A stretch of DNA of 64,000 nucleotides from the IMG/VR virus record IMGVR_UViG_3300050821_001428, positions 1-64,000 of that record, one strand, 5' to 3'. Shown here in pieces: positions 53,121 through 62,630 of this stretch. Both the position numbers and the translations under genes were made by a program. The notes below the pieces were generated by a model. It ran no database searches. It was not told the origin of the DNA and worked only from the letters and a program-made list of their open reading frames with translations. Position 1 is the first letter of the stretch. Each line of letters opens with the position of its first letter. Source of the DNA: a virus.

Positions 53121-53164
53121 TCCTGCGTGCAAAGCAGGTGTGTTCCCATTAGCACTAATCCCCC
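53121..53164 (-). pseudogene. 5' two-thirds of a tRNA-Ala(TGC) interrupted by the HNH gene
   Basis: GGGGGAT...CCTGC-TTTGCAC-GCAGG ends at the HNH stop codon. Confidence 0.75.
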
Positions 53165-53168
53165 TAAG

Positions 53169-53241
53169 TACCACCTCTGGGATTCGAACCCAGACTTGTA
53201 CGCTCCTAAGGCGTATGCCTCTGCCGTTGGGCTAAGGTGGC
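53169..53241 (-). tRNA. tRNA-Leu(TAG), short variable arm
   Basis: TACGC-CTTAGGA-GCGTA. Confidence 0.85.
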
Positions 53242-53247
53242 TAATAT

Positions 53248-53913
53248 TCAATTTTCAATCTTCGTTACTTTAATACCAAGTTGACCCGCTTGATATCGCA
53301 TTTTAACATAAGTATGAGCGTTTGTCAAGCTTACTCCAGATTTTATCGCACCATGGAGACTTTTATGGTGCTGACGACAAATCGGTACAACATCTTCAAA
53401 TTTTTCATGCCCTAATCTTACATATGTATGGTGATGTAAATCATATGATTCATCCCCACATACGAAACAAAACTTTAATGTTCCACTATTAGCAACATAG
53501 GCTGTTTTAAATTCTTTCCAATGATCCGAATCGAGATATTCTTTATATTCCTCTCTAGTCATTGAGGGTGGACACACAGCTACTTGTGCTGCTGCGGCAC
53601 GCCTGCGCTTTAAGCTTTTTTCATGTACTACAGGAAAAAATGCTAATTTTTTAGCACGGGTAGTGTGTCTACGCCTGCTGCGATTCTTCATTTTACTTAC
53701 TTGTAAAGGGCTTTTATATGGATGTTTGGAGATTTCCTCCAAAACTAACATACGTAGTTCTTTAGGCACATCCATAATATCTACATGAATCATACATGTA
53801 GATTCACGATACAGCGAATCTACATGCTTTGGAGCAAAAATCACCAAGGGACGCTCGCGCCCGCATGTTTTGCAATATTTGCTTTTCTTAGTAGGGATAA
53901 ATGATTTACTCAT
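53248..53913 (-). CDS. HNH-family nuclease
   Basis: YKEYL.S.HW...CFVCG...LHHHTY.RLGHE...DVVPIC..HH. Confidence 0.75.
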   Translation of the reverse strand: MSKSFIPTKKSKYCKTCGRERPLVIFAPKHVDSLYRESTCMIHVDIMDVPKELRMLVLEEISKHPYKSPLQVSKMKNRSRRRHTTRAKKLAFFPVVHEKSLKRRRAAAAQVAVCPPSMTREEYKEYLDSDHWKEFKTAYVANSGTLKFCFVCGDESYDLHHHTYVRLGHEKFEDVVPICRQHHKSLHGAIKSGVSLTNAHTYVKMRYQAGQLGIKVTKIEN

Positions 53914-53927
53914 AATCAAAATTCCTA

Positions 53928-54009
53928 TGCTCATTTAAGGAATCGAACCTTACTGTCATAAAGATACGGATTTACAGTCCGCTACCAACACCAGTTGGAC
54001 ATAATGAGC
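53928..54009 (-). tRNA. tRNA-Tyr(GTA)
   Basis: GCGGA-CTGTAAA-TCCGT; long variable arm. Confidence 0.85.
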
Positions 54010-54161
54010 TAATTTGAATTGAGAATCTGTGCTCGGCGCGACCATAGTAATTTGTGGAATACACCCACCCAGAGGGGAATTGACCACTATCACAGACCAT
54101 AACCTCAATCCTATGTTTTCTTTCTGACTCTAGTTTAGCACATCGCTTCACCTTTATCAAA

Positions 54162-54234
54162 CACCCACTGAGGGATTCGAACCCCCAATCTAGACCTTAG
54201 AACGATCTTGCCTTATCCATTGGGCTAAGTGGGC
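54162..54234 (-). tRNA. tRNA-Arg(TCT)
   Basis: AGATC-GTTCTAA-GGTCT. Confidence 0.85.
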
Positions 54235-54256
54235 TTATGTCTTCCAACGTTCAACA

Positions 54257-54285
54257 AGTATAACACACTGCTCTACAAATAACAA
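54257..54285 (-). promoter_or_regulatory. promoter heading the tRNA array
   Basis: TTGTTA-N17-TATACT, 23 nt upstream of the first tRNA. Confidence 0.65.
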
Positions 54286-54459
54286 GAGCCAGATTTTCAT
54301 CTGGCCCCTACGATAACAATTGATGTTTATCGTAGGGGCTTACGAGGCGAAAGCACCCTTAATAGGTAGTTGCACTTCGTAATTAACTCTGGTTAAAACT
54401 GTCATCTTACTAATTGTATAGTAAGACTCAAATAAAAACTAAACACATTGGCAAAATTT

Positions 54460-54690
54460 TTATCTATAATATTTTACACACATTCCATCAAACACAAGGG
54501 TACCAAGTGGGTCCCCTTCTGTAGTTAGATTTATAACACCATCGATAGTGATAAATTTTCCTGCGTTTATCAACTCCGAAGCGGCAATCATTAGTCTAGC
54601 TATATCTTCTATATCGTCTCGATCTAGAGGCACCGGTGTAGTCACATCGGGATATACATTGGGATATAATATAATAGGTGCTTCTGTCAT
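54460..54690 (-). CDS. hypothetical protein
   Basis: acidic ORF, likely start MTEAP. Confidence 0.6.
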   Translation of the reverse strand: MTEAPIILYPNVYPDVTTPVPLDRDDIEDIARLMIAASELINAGKFITIDGVINLTTEGDPLGTLVFDGMCVKYYR

Positions 54691-54715
54691 TGTATGATCT
54701 AGCAATTCTTCACTT

Positions 54716-55161
54716 TCAAAAGTTTCTGTTGTGTTTATAGGGACGGTTTCGATTCTTCTCTAGCTTAGCAGATATCTCTCTATCAATATCGACTTCGTTT
54801 AGATATGCGTAGTCTAGCATACGGATCAACACATCTGCAACTTCTTCATCGTGTTCTGCTAGCGAAGCTTCGATTGTTTCAATAATCTCCGATATAACCA
54901 AGAGCAACTTGACATTATGATAAGCCCGATCATTAGGTTGCACCATACGATCCAGATTGGGAGTAAAATTAGGATTTTTACGAAGAGCTTCAAACCCTTG
55001 GACAATGATACTAAATCTGCCAGACATAGCTGTGCCGTAATGCATACATCTTCTGGGAGGTCTTCGTGGAATCCGTGATCATCATTAATCTGGCCGATTT
55101 CTTCTGCTAATCGGCCCAACGAGGAATCTCGCAATATTTGTACTGCTCGACTCCTCCTCAT
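54716..55161 (-). pseudogene. MazG-like nucleotide pyrophosphohydrolase split by a frameshift near 55045
   Basis: N-part LAEEI..IN..HGF in one frame; KLLLVISEI.E..EA, EEVADVLIR.LD and K...N..RPYKH in another. Confidence 0.7.
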
Positions 55162-55346
55162 GCCAACATTTGCCCATGATCTTTACATTTATACGTACCA
55201 TCTTTGAGCACCCGTAGATTCTTGCCACACGAATGATAATTATGATCATCCGGTCCTATGTTAGCCATACAGGTACGTCTACTGCTTACTTCGTCGTAAA
55301 TTACATACGCTAGGGGAGTACCGTCGACGGCTGAATAATTTTTCAT
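55158..55346 (-). CDS. small zinc-binding protein
   Basis: C...CG...CKDHG; promoter TTGACA-N17-TATAAT at 55355-55383. Confidence 0.6.
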   Translation of the reverse strand: MKNYSAVDGTPLAYVIYDEVSSRRTCMANIGPDDHNYHSCGKNLRVLKDGTYKCKDHGQMLA

Positions 55347-55389
55347 CGCTAGAAATTATAGCACTCCCCTAGATATCTGTCAAGCTAGA

Positions 55390-58300
55390 TTATAAGATTT
55401 CGCATCCTCCATTAGCACTACACGCTAATTCTTGTGAGCCTGTCGTATAATCCTCACTCTCGTACAAGGTTAGCAGGTTCCAATCAATCTTGGATGGCAT
55501 CTCGTTTACTAGTTCAAGGTATGTATCCCGATCAATCTCTTGATAAGGTGCCTGTTGGTAACTACCATTATCAAATGGTAGGAAACTAACACCAGACATC
55601 TTATCAAAGTGGTTATATACAAAGACACCTACCTCGTCCCACTCGTTATCACGTACATATACGGTGATTGATGGCTTATGCTCGCACCAATGCTCCGCAT
55701 AAGCCAACCATAGTTTCAACTGATCTATAGCTGTAATATCATTACGGAGAATAGCACGATCTGGTGACTTGATAGGATATGAAAATACCATAGTCTCATC
55801 TGGCTTCATTACATCGTCTTCAGTTGGGATACCTTGCATGTATAGGAACTGGGAGATAGGATCAATCTTATTACCGCGATTGGTACGAATATAGTATTCG
55901 GAGTAGCGTGGGTGAATGCCCGATGCTGCATCCACTAGCTGTGATACGGTCCCACTGGGTTTACAACAGGTGATTGCGGTTGATTGGTTGATGCCAAGTA
56001 ACCTGGCCCATTTTTCGTTCTCTTCGATCGCGCATTCCTGTAGATAACCCAGACGCTCCGCTAGATCAGGATCATTATGATCTGATAGCAATGGGCAATC
56101 CATGATCCCTGTAATAGATACACCGAGTAAGCGTTCTTCTTCACAGTTCTCGCGCCACTTGTCCGACAAGTAACGGAAATCTGTAAATGTACTCTGAATA
56201 GTTCCGACTATGGTAGCTAATCTAACCTTCTGTTCTAGGGTTTGATTAGTATCGTCATGCCTTGCTACTACTTCGGACAGATTACACATCTGTCTATCTC
56301 TCAAAATGATTTCTGAATTGTGAGCAAAAATACCATTGGCATCAAAGGCATGAACATCCGATACTTCAGCGTCCCACACTTCGCCCACACGTACAAACTC
56401 AAATGACTCCATTGCGGATTCAAAGCGCTTCTCATAAAAGGTCGTAGTAGCCACAATATGCTTTAGCTGAGCCATCTTCTTAAGATGGGAGAACCCCACG
56501 CGCTGGGCATATACCTCGATATCACTTGAAGAAATTACCAACCGCCAACTAGCCTTGGTTGGGTATTCGCGTGATCCCCCCCGACCATCTGGCAATACCG
56601 AGACACCCTTGTCCTTTGCTCGATAAATACGCGATTTGATACCTAGACGCAGTAACATACGCTGTATAGCCTTAAGATCGGTCAGATCAGACTGGCTTAA
56701 GCGAATAGACCATCCCTTAGTTGCATTACCTTCGATATGACCATCAGCATCGAACAGGCCACGCAAGAATCCTTCATGAAAAGCCGAAGAAGTAAGCTCT
56801 ACGTCCTCATTGATATGCTTATTACCCCAATCCATACCAAATTTCTGAGGTAGTCTACCGATAGACATGCGCCTATAGAGTCTGCAATCTCCGCAGCCAT
56901 TCCAATCCGAACGATGCGGTAATTCATCACCAGCTATACGAGCCGTCTCCGCGATACCCACGCTGCCTTGATCGTTGTGCCAGGTCTTCACCTCGCCTCT
57001 AGCCCCGGTGCGAGGGTTTATGAAATTACCATCGCCTAAGAATAGCCCCAATAGATACCCTTCATTCCATGTACCATCCCCTCTCCATGAGAGCATCCCA
57101 TGATTCTGAATAAGCACAAGGTCGTCCGATGTTAGATGCTGTGCTTCCACCCAACCACGATTAGAGGTCTTGATGCGATGTTCTGGTGTAAGTTCAAGTT
57201 CGTAACCAGCCTTCAGAGTAAGGCGATAGATTTCTCCTTCACCGCTAACCCATGACCCATGCGGGGCATCGTATTCTCTGCCGGTGACCAGCGCCTTGAA
57301 TGGAATATCTAGCAAAGAATCGATACGACGAGGACCATCTATAGTCATGATAATAGTATCTGGAGCAAGACAGCATGGATTAGTCCCGAAGGCATAATTG
57401 GCATCGCGCCTAAAATTGCGACGTGCTTGTTCTTGCATACCTGTACGATTTATGATACCACGTTCGCCGGATTGAGAATCCCGCAACGATTGCCATTCCC
57501 GAGCGAATATATCAAGAGCCGGGCGACCATCCCATACCGCACTATTATTAGCTAGACGATATTCCGGATGGTCTATCCACCATTCTCCCTGCTTAGCATC
57601 GCGCATATCTAGATCATCCGGATCAGATAGCGAGATGAGAGCAGCACGACGGACACCGCCTACTACTACGATATCACCAATCTTGCACATGATACCGTGA
57701 CATTCAAGAGAAGTTAATTTGCGCCCTTGAGCGTCCTTGAAGATGCTAACAACGTATTGAAATAAATCCGTTAGTGGTTCTGGACCCGATGCGCTACCTC
57801 CGAATGTTTTAAGCCTAGAACCCGCAGGACGAACGAGGGATACATCCCAGGTAGGTATGCCTCCCTTATATAACTCACTGATCAATTGACGTAGGGCTGT
57901 GGCCCAACCAATCTTAGAATCCTCTACGACGATAGTCAAATTAGAATTCTGTAGGTAAGGAATTTCTGGCAATCGGTTTGTGTAACCTCTCTCAACCGAG
58001 AATCCCACCCCGGTACCGCAGCACAGGATATATAGGGCTTCATCAAAGGCTTCAATGCGATTAATAGCCAGGTAGGAACAATTATACCCAGCGACATTAT
58101 CTCTTTCAAGGGCTGGTCCCGCCGTTGTCATAGCCCGCATAGAGGGCATGATCTCTAAACCCAAAATTTTCCCTGTAATGCTTTCGCTAACGTCCTCCCA
58201 AAGACTTGGATCAATCCCTAATTCACTTATCTTACGTGTAAGCTGATTTACATAACGATCTACAGTTTCGTTCCAATGCTCTCTACGTTCTAAATCATAG

Positions 58301-58404
58301 TCCCAGCGAGCATACTTGGTCTTATGGATTTGCTGCTGATATAAGGTCGGTAAAACATGCTGATCTACATCATTTTTCTCTAAATCTATACTACTTACTT
58401 CCAT
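55390..58404 (-). CDS. nrdJ: class II (B12-dependent) ribonucleotide reductase with an intein
   Basis: MPSMRA, YNCSY, GTGVGFS, VGGVRRAALI, GTNPC|SEI, KPSGTVSQL and a C-terminal CxxxxC. Confidence 0.92.
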   Translation of the reverse strand: MEVSSIDLEKNDVDQHVLPTLYQQQIHKTKYARWDYDLERREHWNETVDRYVNQLTRKISELGIDPSLWEDVSESITGKILGLEIMPSMRAMTTAGPALERDNVAGYNCSYLAINRIEAFDEALYILCCGTGVGFSVERGYTNRLPEIPYLQNSNLTIVVEDSKIGWATALRQLISELYKGGIPTWDVSLVRPAGSRLKTFGGSASGPEPLTDLFQYVVSIFKDAQGRKLTSLECHGIMCKIGDIVVVGGVRRAALISLSDPDDLDMRDAKQGEWWIDHPEYRLANNSAVWDGRPALDIFAREWQSLRDSQSGERGIINRTGMQEQARRNFRRDANYAFGTNPCCLAPDTIIMTIDGPRRIDSLLDIPFKALVTGREYDAPHGSWVSGEGEIYRLTLKAGYELELTPEHRIKTSNRGWVEAQHLTSDDLVLIQNHGMLSWRGDGTWNEGYLLGLFLGDGNFINPRTGARGEVKTWHNDQGSVGIAETARIAGDELPHRSDWNGCGDCRLYRRMSIGRLPQKFGMDWGNKHINEDVELTSSAFHEGFLRGLFDADGHIEGNATKGWSIRLSQSDLTDLKAIQRMLLRLGIKSRIYRAKDKGVSVLPDGRGGSREYPTKASWRLVISSSDIEVYAQRVGFSHLKKMAQLKHIVATTTFYEKRFESAMESFEFVRVGEVWDAEVSDVHAFDANGIFAHNSEIILRDRQMCNLSEVVARHDDTNQTLEQKVRLATIVGTIQSTFTDFRYLSDKWRENCEEERLLGVSITGIMDCPLLSDHNDPDLAERLGYLQECAIEENEKWARLLGINQSTAITCCKPSGTVSQLVDAASGIHPRYSEYYIRTNRGNKIDPISQFLYMQGIPTEDDVMKPDETMVFSYPIKSPDRAILRNDITAIDQLKLWLAYAEHWCEHKPSITVYVRDNEWDEVGVFVYNHFDKMSGVSFLPFDNGSYQQAPYQEIDRDTYLELVNEMPSKIDWNLLTLYESEDYTTGSQELACSANGGCEIL
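56317..57372 (-). mobile_element. RNR intein with LAGLIDADG endonuclease (352 aa)
   Basis: NPC|CLAPDT start; LLGLFLGDG and FLRGLFDADG; AHN|S end; inserted right after the thiyl-radical Cys. Confidence 0.93.
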
Positions 58405-58559
58405 CTTTATCCTTTACTTCGATCGGGTTTTTCTTTCTTAGTGATGATTATCTTCGAGAAAAATTCGGTCGATAAACGTTACTGTCAAAGTCTTTTGGGT
58501 ATGTCCAAAGTGTATCAAGCTAAAGGGATAAATTCAGCTTGACAAGATCAAAATAATGT

Positions 58560-58730
58560 GCTATTCGCGCGCGTACGCGATATAGTTTTATTATTATTTA
58601 GTTTTTAGTTTTTTAGTTTTATTATTATTTAGTTTTTAAGTTTATAGTTTTATAAATAATTTAACTTCTTACTTAAGTAAGAAGTTTATTAAATAACCCT
58701 ACGGGTTATTTATTATATCACAGAAAATTA
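58560..58730. other. AT-rich repeat/palindrome region, putative replication origin
   Basis: repeated TAGTTTT units; 24-bp palindrome AACTTCTTACTTAAGTAAGAAGTT; TAAATAACCC-TAC-GGGTTATTTA; sits between divergent operons. Confidence 0.5.
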
Positions 58731-58778
58731 AAGGAGGGGGGTGTGGGGGGACCAATTTTCTGTGCTACAATTTCTAGA

Positions 58779-59096
58779 ATGATTCGTACTGCCCAACATT
58801 GCATCTCTGGGGAGCCTTTCTTCGATCGGTATGCGCCTTCGGAATCAACTCCGGGACAGTTCTACACGGTGCGAATCAACTTCGTTGGAGATCCATCCGA
58901 TCAATGGACATGTACTTGTCCCTCATTTGCTTATCGAGGTAACTGCAAGCACATCAAGATGATGGCGGGCTTTAACATTTGTCACTGGCACGAACTTGTG
59001 CATCAAGAGACACAGACAGAGCAACAGAAGATAGATCATATCTGCCCGGGATGTGGTAACATGACCGTAGACGAATTGGAAGATGATGGCACCTAG
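58779..59096 (+). CDS. SWIM zinc-finger protein
   Basis: WTCTCPSF...CKH and CPGCG; leaderless TGcTACAAT-N7-ATG. Confidence 0.75.
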   Translation: MIRTAQHCISGEPFFDRYAPSESTPGQFYTVRINFVGDPSDQWTCTCPSFAYRGNCKHIKMMAGFNICHWHELVHQETQTEQQKIDHICPGCGNMTVDELEDDGT

Positions 59097-59751
59097 ACAA
59101 CCAAACCTAACAAAAATTACTAACGCATTCGAACGTGCATATAATAGTGCGGAGAAGGCTAGTCAGCGCAAAGTGGTAGCGCAAGCTAAGTTCTTCTCGG
59201 CTATCGATCAGGTACTTGAGGGCAAAGTACGCAAACAACAGTTGGTAGACTTGGAGGACTCAGGATATGACGGGGACGATCCTGTCTCCTTTATCAGTCG
59301 ACAGTATCCTGGTTGGCGTCTAGTCAGCGTTAATGATGATGGTCTTCAGGCTGTTATCGAAGAAGATCCTAAGTTTATGAAGTTCTCCTTCGTAAATAAG
59401 GAGAATTCCAGAGTTTATCAGCGGACTAATACTCAGGCCGGTAGCTCATTAGATAATGAACGACTGCGTGAAGAGAATCCAGAGCTTTGGGATCAAGTCA
59501 CTACATGGCCAGAGCCATGGTATACCTTGATATATGAATTTGCTATAGCTACGGCAGCGACGACCCAAGAAGAATTGGAAGCCGAACTAGATAAGTACCT
59601 AAAGGCACAAGGTATGCAGCGCATTCTTAAAAGCCCCGAAGAATGGTCAGACGATGAATTCAAAGCTATCTCTAAATATATTATCCCGGGTTCTATTTCT
59701 ACCCGTATAATCAAGCCACGGGACGCTACTGATAAGGACATTGCTCTATGA
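59083..59751 (+). CDS. hypothetical protein
   Basis: 222-aa coupled ORF. Confidence 0.7.
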   Translation: MMAPRQPNLTKITNAFERAYNSAEKASQRKVVAQAKFFSAIDQVLEGKVRKQQLVDLEDSGYDGDDPVSFISRQYPGWRLVSVNDDGLQAVIEEDPKFMKFSFVNKENSRVYQRTNTQAGSSLDNERLREENPELWDQVTTWPEPWYTLIYEFAIATAATTQEELEAELDKYLKAQGMQRILKSPEEWSDDEFKAISKYIIPGSISTRIIKPRDATDKDIAL

Positions 59752-60380
59752 AACTATTTAAGATAGCTATCTTGGGAGCACCCGGAGCGGGTAAGACCAA
59801 GGTTGCTCGGAAGGTAGTACAGCTTCTACAGGACCCGGAACCTAAATGGATAGTTGTTGACGGATATGTCAATCAAATGATAAAGCAGACTGGTATTCAG
59901 TTCGGGGCTAAGTCTAACTTCCCACAGAATCTATCGGTGATTACCACAAGATGGACCAAGGAAGCCGAAGCTTATAATAAGGGATTAAGTTCAATCACCT
60001 GCGGTAGTATTTATGAATCTATATTATACTCAACATTTGCCACCATGTTTCGCTCGCCAGATGAACAACAGATTGTACGCGATCAACTGTTCAATAACGT
60101 TATGATGCAGGCTCTTGGCGCGATCGAGGGAACGACGTATGATTATGATGCTATGTTCTTCATCCCGCTAAATCCTAAGGTCGCAAAAAATGCTGAAGGT
60201 ACTTGGGATAAGGTCATAGATGCTAAACTACCTGAAGTGCTTGAAGCCTTCCAGAAGAAGGTTATATTACTTGATGAGAAGACAGACACCGCCAAAGCCG
60301 AAAGTATTGTAGAGGTTATAGGAAAATTCCATGAGTTTTACACCAGTCTCATTACCACGAATGACGAACAAACAGTATGA
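59748..60380 (+). CDS. P-loop nucleotide kinase (NadR/AAA_28-like)
   Basis: KIAILGAPGAGKT; YDAMFF. Confidence 0.7.
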   Translation: MKLFKIAILGAPGAGKTKVARKVVQLLQDPEPKWIVVDGYVNQMIKQTGIQFGAKSNFPQNLSVITTRWTKEAEAYNKGLSSITCGSIYESILYSTFATMFRSPDEQQIVRDQLFNNVMMQALGAIEGTTYDYDAMFFIPLNPKVAKNAEGTWDKVIDAKLPEVLEAFQKKVILLDEKTDTAKAESIVEVIGKFHEFYTSLITTNDEQTV

Positions 60381-61176
60381 ATACGTTGAAGATCAGGCAG
60401 CACGCCGTAATATCTCATTCAATGTATGTCCTACGTGTGCATCAAAGCGGACGGAGATCGTTATTGATGGCAAGCACACCGAAGAATATGATTGGCCAGA
60501 AGACGCTACCTTTAAGCTAAATGGTGTTGAGTGGGCTTGCCACTGCAACGATCAGATTAACCTACTACGCCATTATATATTAGCCGATATTCCTAATGGA
60601 TATTGGCGTCTAGGTGAGAAGGAATATTGGGGCGATCCTAATGCGCTAGCGAAGGTAAAGGATTACCTAGATAACTGGGATCAATATAAATTGAACGGTT
60701 TTGGTATCGAGCTATACTCACCTCGGATGGGTGTGGGCAAAACAATGCTTGCGAGTATGCTAGCTAAGTGGCTCGTACAGAAGGGTGAGCGAGTCATGTT
60801 TGTACCTTTCAAGGACATTCTTGGCTTATATAAGTTACATGAGGACGAACGCTACGCAATCCTAGATCGTCTACGTAGCACTCCGGTATTGATTTTGGAT
60901 GAAGTTAGGGCTGGAATTAGCGATGCTCAGCACGCTTACATGGCGGGTGAGCTTGAGGATCTGCTACGCTTCCGTACAAGCGGAAGTGCTGTAACTATTG
61001 TTACAACAAATCTAACCCCCGAACAGCTTGACGAAGAGTATCCACGATGCTTCTCTCTGCTATCAGCTAAACAGTTGCCTATTGAGGTTGACGGCGACGA
61101 TGCCCGTAAGAATGGTAATAAAATGTTGGTAGATATCGAATTGATTAAGATGGGCGAAATTCGCCCAATAAATTAG
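60361..61176 (+). CDS. DnaC/IstB-like helicase loader
   Basis: N-terminal zinc motif, GVGKT, LILDE and TIVTTNL. Confidence 0.85.
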   Translation: MTNKQYEYVEDQAARRNISFNVCPTCASKRTEIVIDGKHTEEYDWPEDATFKLNGVEWACHCNDQINLLRHYILADIPNGYWRLGEKEYWGDPNALAKVKDYLDNWDQYKLNGFGIELYSPRMGVGKTMLASMLAKWLVQKGERVMFVPFKDILGLYKLHEDERYAILDRLRSTPVLILDEVRAGISDAQHAYMAGELEDLLRFRTSGSAVTIVTTNLTPEQLDEEYPRCFSLLSAKQLPIEVDGDDARKNGNKMLVDIELIKMGEIRPIN

Positions 61177-61183
61177 GACTATA

Positions 61184-62434
61184 ATGAACACGACTGAGAT
61201 ATTTGCGCTGGACCTTGAGGAAGAGTTACTGGCGCATTTAGGTTCACCCGATAGTTGGATGGTGATTAATGGCGAAGGCGTAACATCTGAACTAATTAAT
61301 GATCCTATAGTGGCAGAAGTATTTGAATGGCAGAAGAATCATATTCGTGAGCACAAGCAGCCCGCAACTATTCCCGTACTTGAACATCAATTTCCCGACC
61401 TACGGATTGAAGAACCCCAGACGGCGATCGGTGACCTTCTAGATCGTTTGCGCGAGCAATATTCTAAGAATCAACAGCGTAGGAAAATTACTAAAATTGT
61501 AGAATTACAAAAGAGTAATCCTCTTGCCGTACCCGATTACCTTGTGCGTTCGGGTCGAGAGCTTAAGACAGTGCTACAGAAACGCGGCGAGGTTTTTGGC
61601 ACCGGAGATATTGATCGTGCGCTTCATGCTTATGAAGCGCAGGTATTACGTGGTCCTGGTGCTTCGCTAGGTTGGAAAGAATTGAATGGATTTTTCTATG
61701 GTATGCGTGGGTTAAACGCTGTCATCGGAGCACCTAAGACTGGAAAGTCATGGGTGCTTGTGCAAATTCTAGTAGATAATATTCTTGAGGGTCACGTCAC
61801 GCACTTGCATTCGTTAGAATTGCCAGCGGTTGAAACCGATATGCGTGTGCGTTGCGCAGCAGCAGATGTACCTTTCTGGAGGTATATTCGCAACTGTCTA
61901 TCTCCTGAGGATAAGGAGAAATTACGCACAACTAGTGAATTTCTAGATGATACGGGCTTATATCGTATCATTAAGCCACCCGCAGGGAAACGGGGTATTG
62001 ATGAGATTGTCAATAGCTCGCGGGATAATGGGGCAGACGTAATCCTCATCGATCAGCTACAATATGTAGAGTCGGAAGACGGAGTAAACCTCGGATCACA
62101 CAATGCCACCGGTATGTATTGGAAGGTACTAAATAAGGCGCGGGATTACACCGACGAGGGACCAATCCTATACGCACACCAATTCAACAGAGCAGCCATG
62201 AATTCCGATACCATGCCATCAATGGAGATGGCAAAGGGTTCGTCTTCTATCGAAGAGACTGCTACACTAGCATTAGGCATATGGGCCAACAGAGATATGC
62301 GCCGTTTAGGCCAACTAGAGATTGGCGTATTATGTGCGCGTAACCATGAACACGCATCATGGGAGATTCAGGTCGAACGCAAATACGGGTGTAGCTTGAA
62401 TATTACTAGGCGAACTGACTTAGATGAAGAATGA
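61184..62434 (+). CDS. dnaB: DnaB-like replicative helicase
   Basis: GAPKTGKS, SLEL, ILIDQLQY, HQFNR and GSSSIEETA. Confidence 0.85.
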   Translation: MNTTEIFALDLEEELLAHLGSPDSWMVINGEGVTSELINDPIVAEVFEWQKNHIREHKQPATIPVLEHQFPDLRIEEPQTAIGDLLDRLREQYSKNQQRRKITKIVELQKSNPLAVPDYLVRSGRELKTVLQKRGEVFGTGDIDRALHAYEAQVLRGPGASLGWKELNGFFYGMRGLNAVIGAPKTGKSWVLVQILVDNILEGHVTHLHSLELPAVETDMRVRCAAADVPFWRYIRNCLSPEDKEKLRTTSEFLDDTGLYRIIKPPAGKRGIDEIVNSSRDNGADVILIDQLQYVESEDGVNLGSHNATGMYWKVLNKARDYTDEGPILYAHQFNRAAMNSDTMPSMEMAKGSSSIEETATLALGIWANRDMRRLGQLEIGVLCARNHEHASWEIQVERKYGCSLNITRRTDLDEE

Positions 62435-62630
62435 CGGTCGTAGATTAAATGTACCACCGTGGGTATCGGACCCCGATCTAGTCGCGCCCTGCTTATGCGG
62501 TGAGGAATTTGACCCAGACAGCTATTATATTATCGTTCAAGATCCATATACGAACCTCAAACGTTGGTTTCATCTAACATGCTTACAAGACATGCAAGGC
62601 TTTTTCTTTGACATCGAAAATGAAGATTAG
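62424..62630 (+). CDS. small zinc-binding protein
   Basis: CLCG...FHLTC. Confidence 0.6.
   Translation: MKNDGRRLNVPPWVSDPDLVAPCLCGEEFDPDSYYIIVQDPYTNLKRWFHLTCLQDMQGFFFDIENED

Noticed and set aside
51014-54160. Short ORFs 51014-51196, 51776-52036, 53008-53235, 53063-53251 and 53972-54160
   Set aside because: They overlap tRNA genes and have no protein-like features
41887-54234. Stop-codon recoding or suppressor tRNAs
   Set aside because: No CTA, TTA or TCA anticodons were found, and long genes are intact in the standard code
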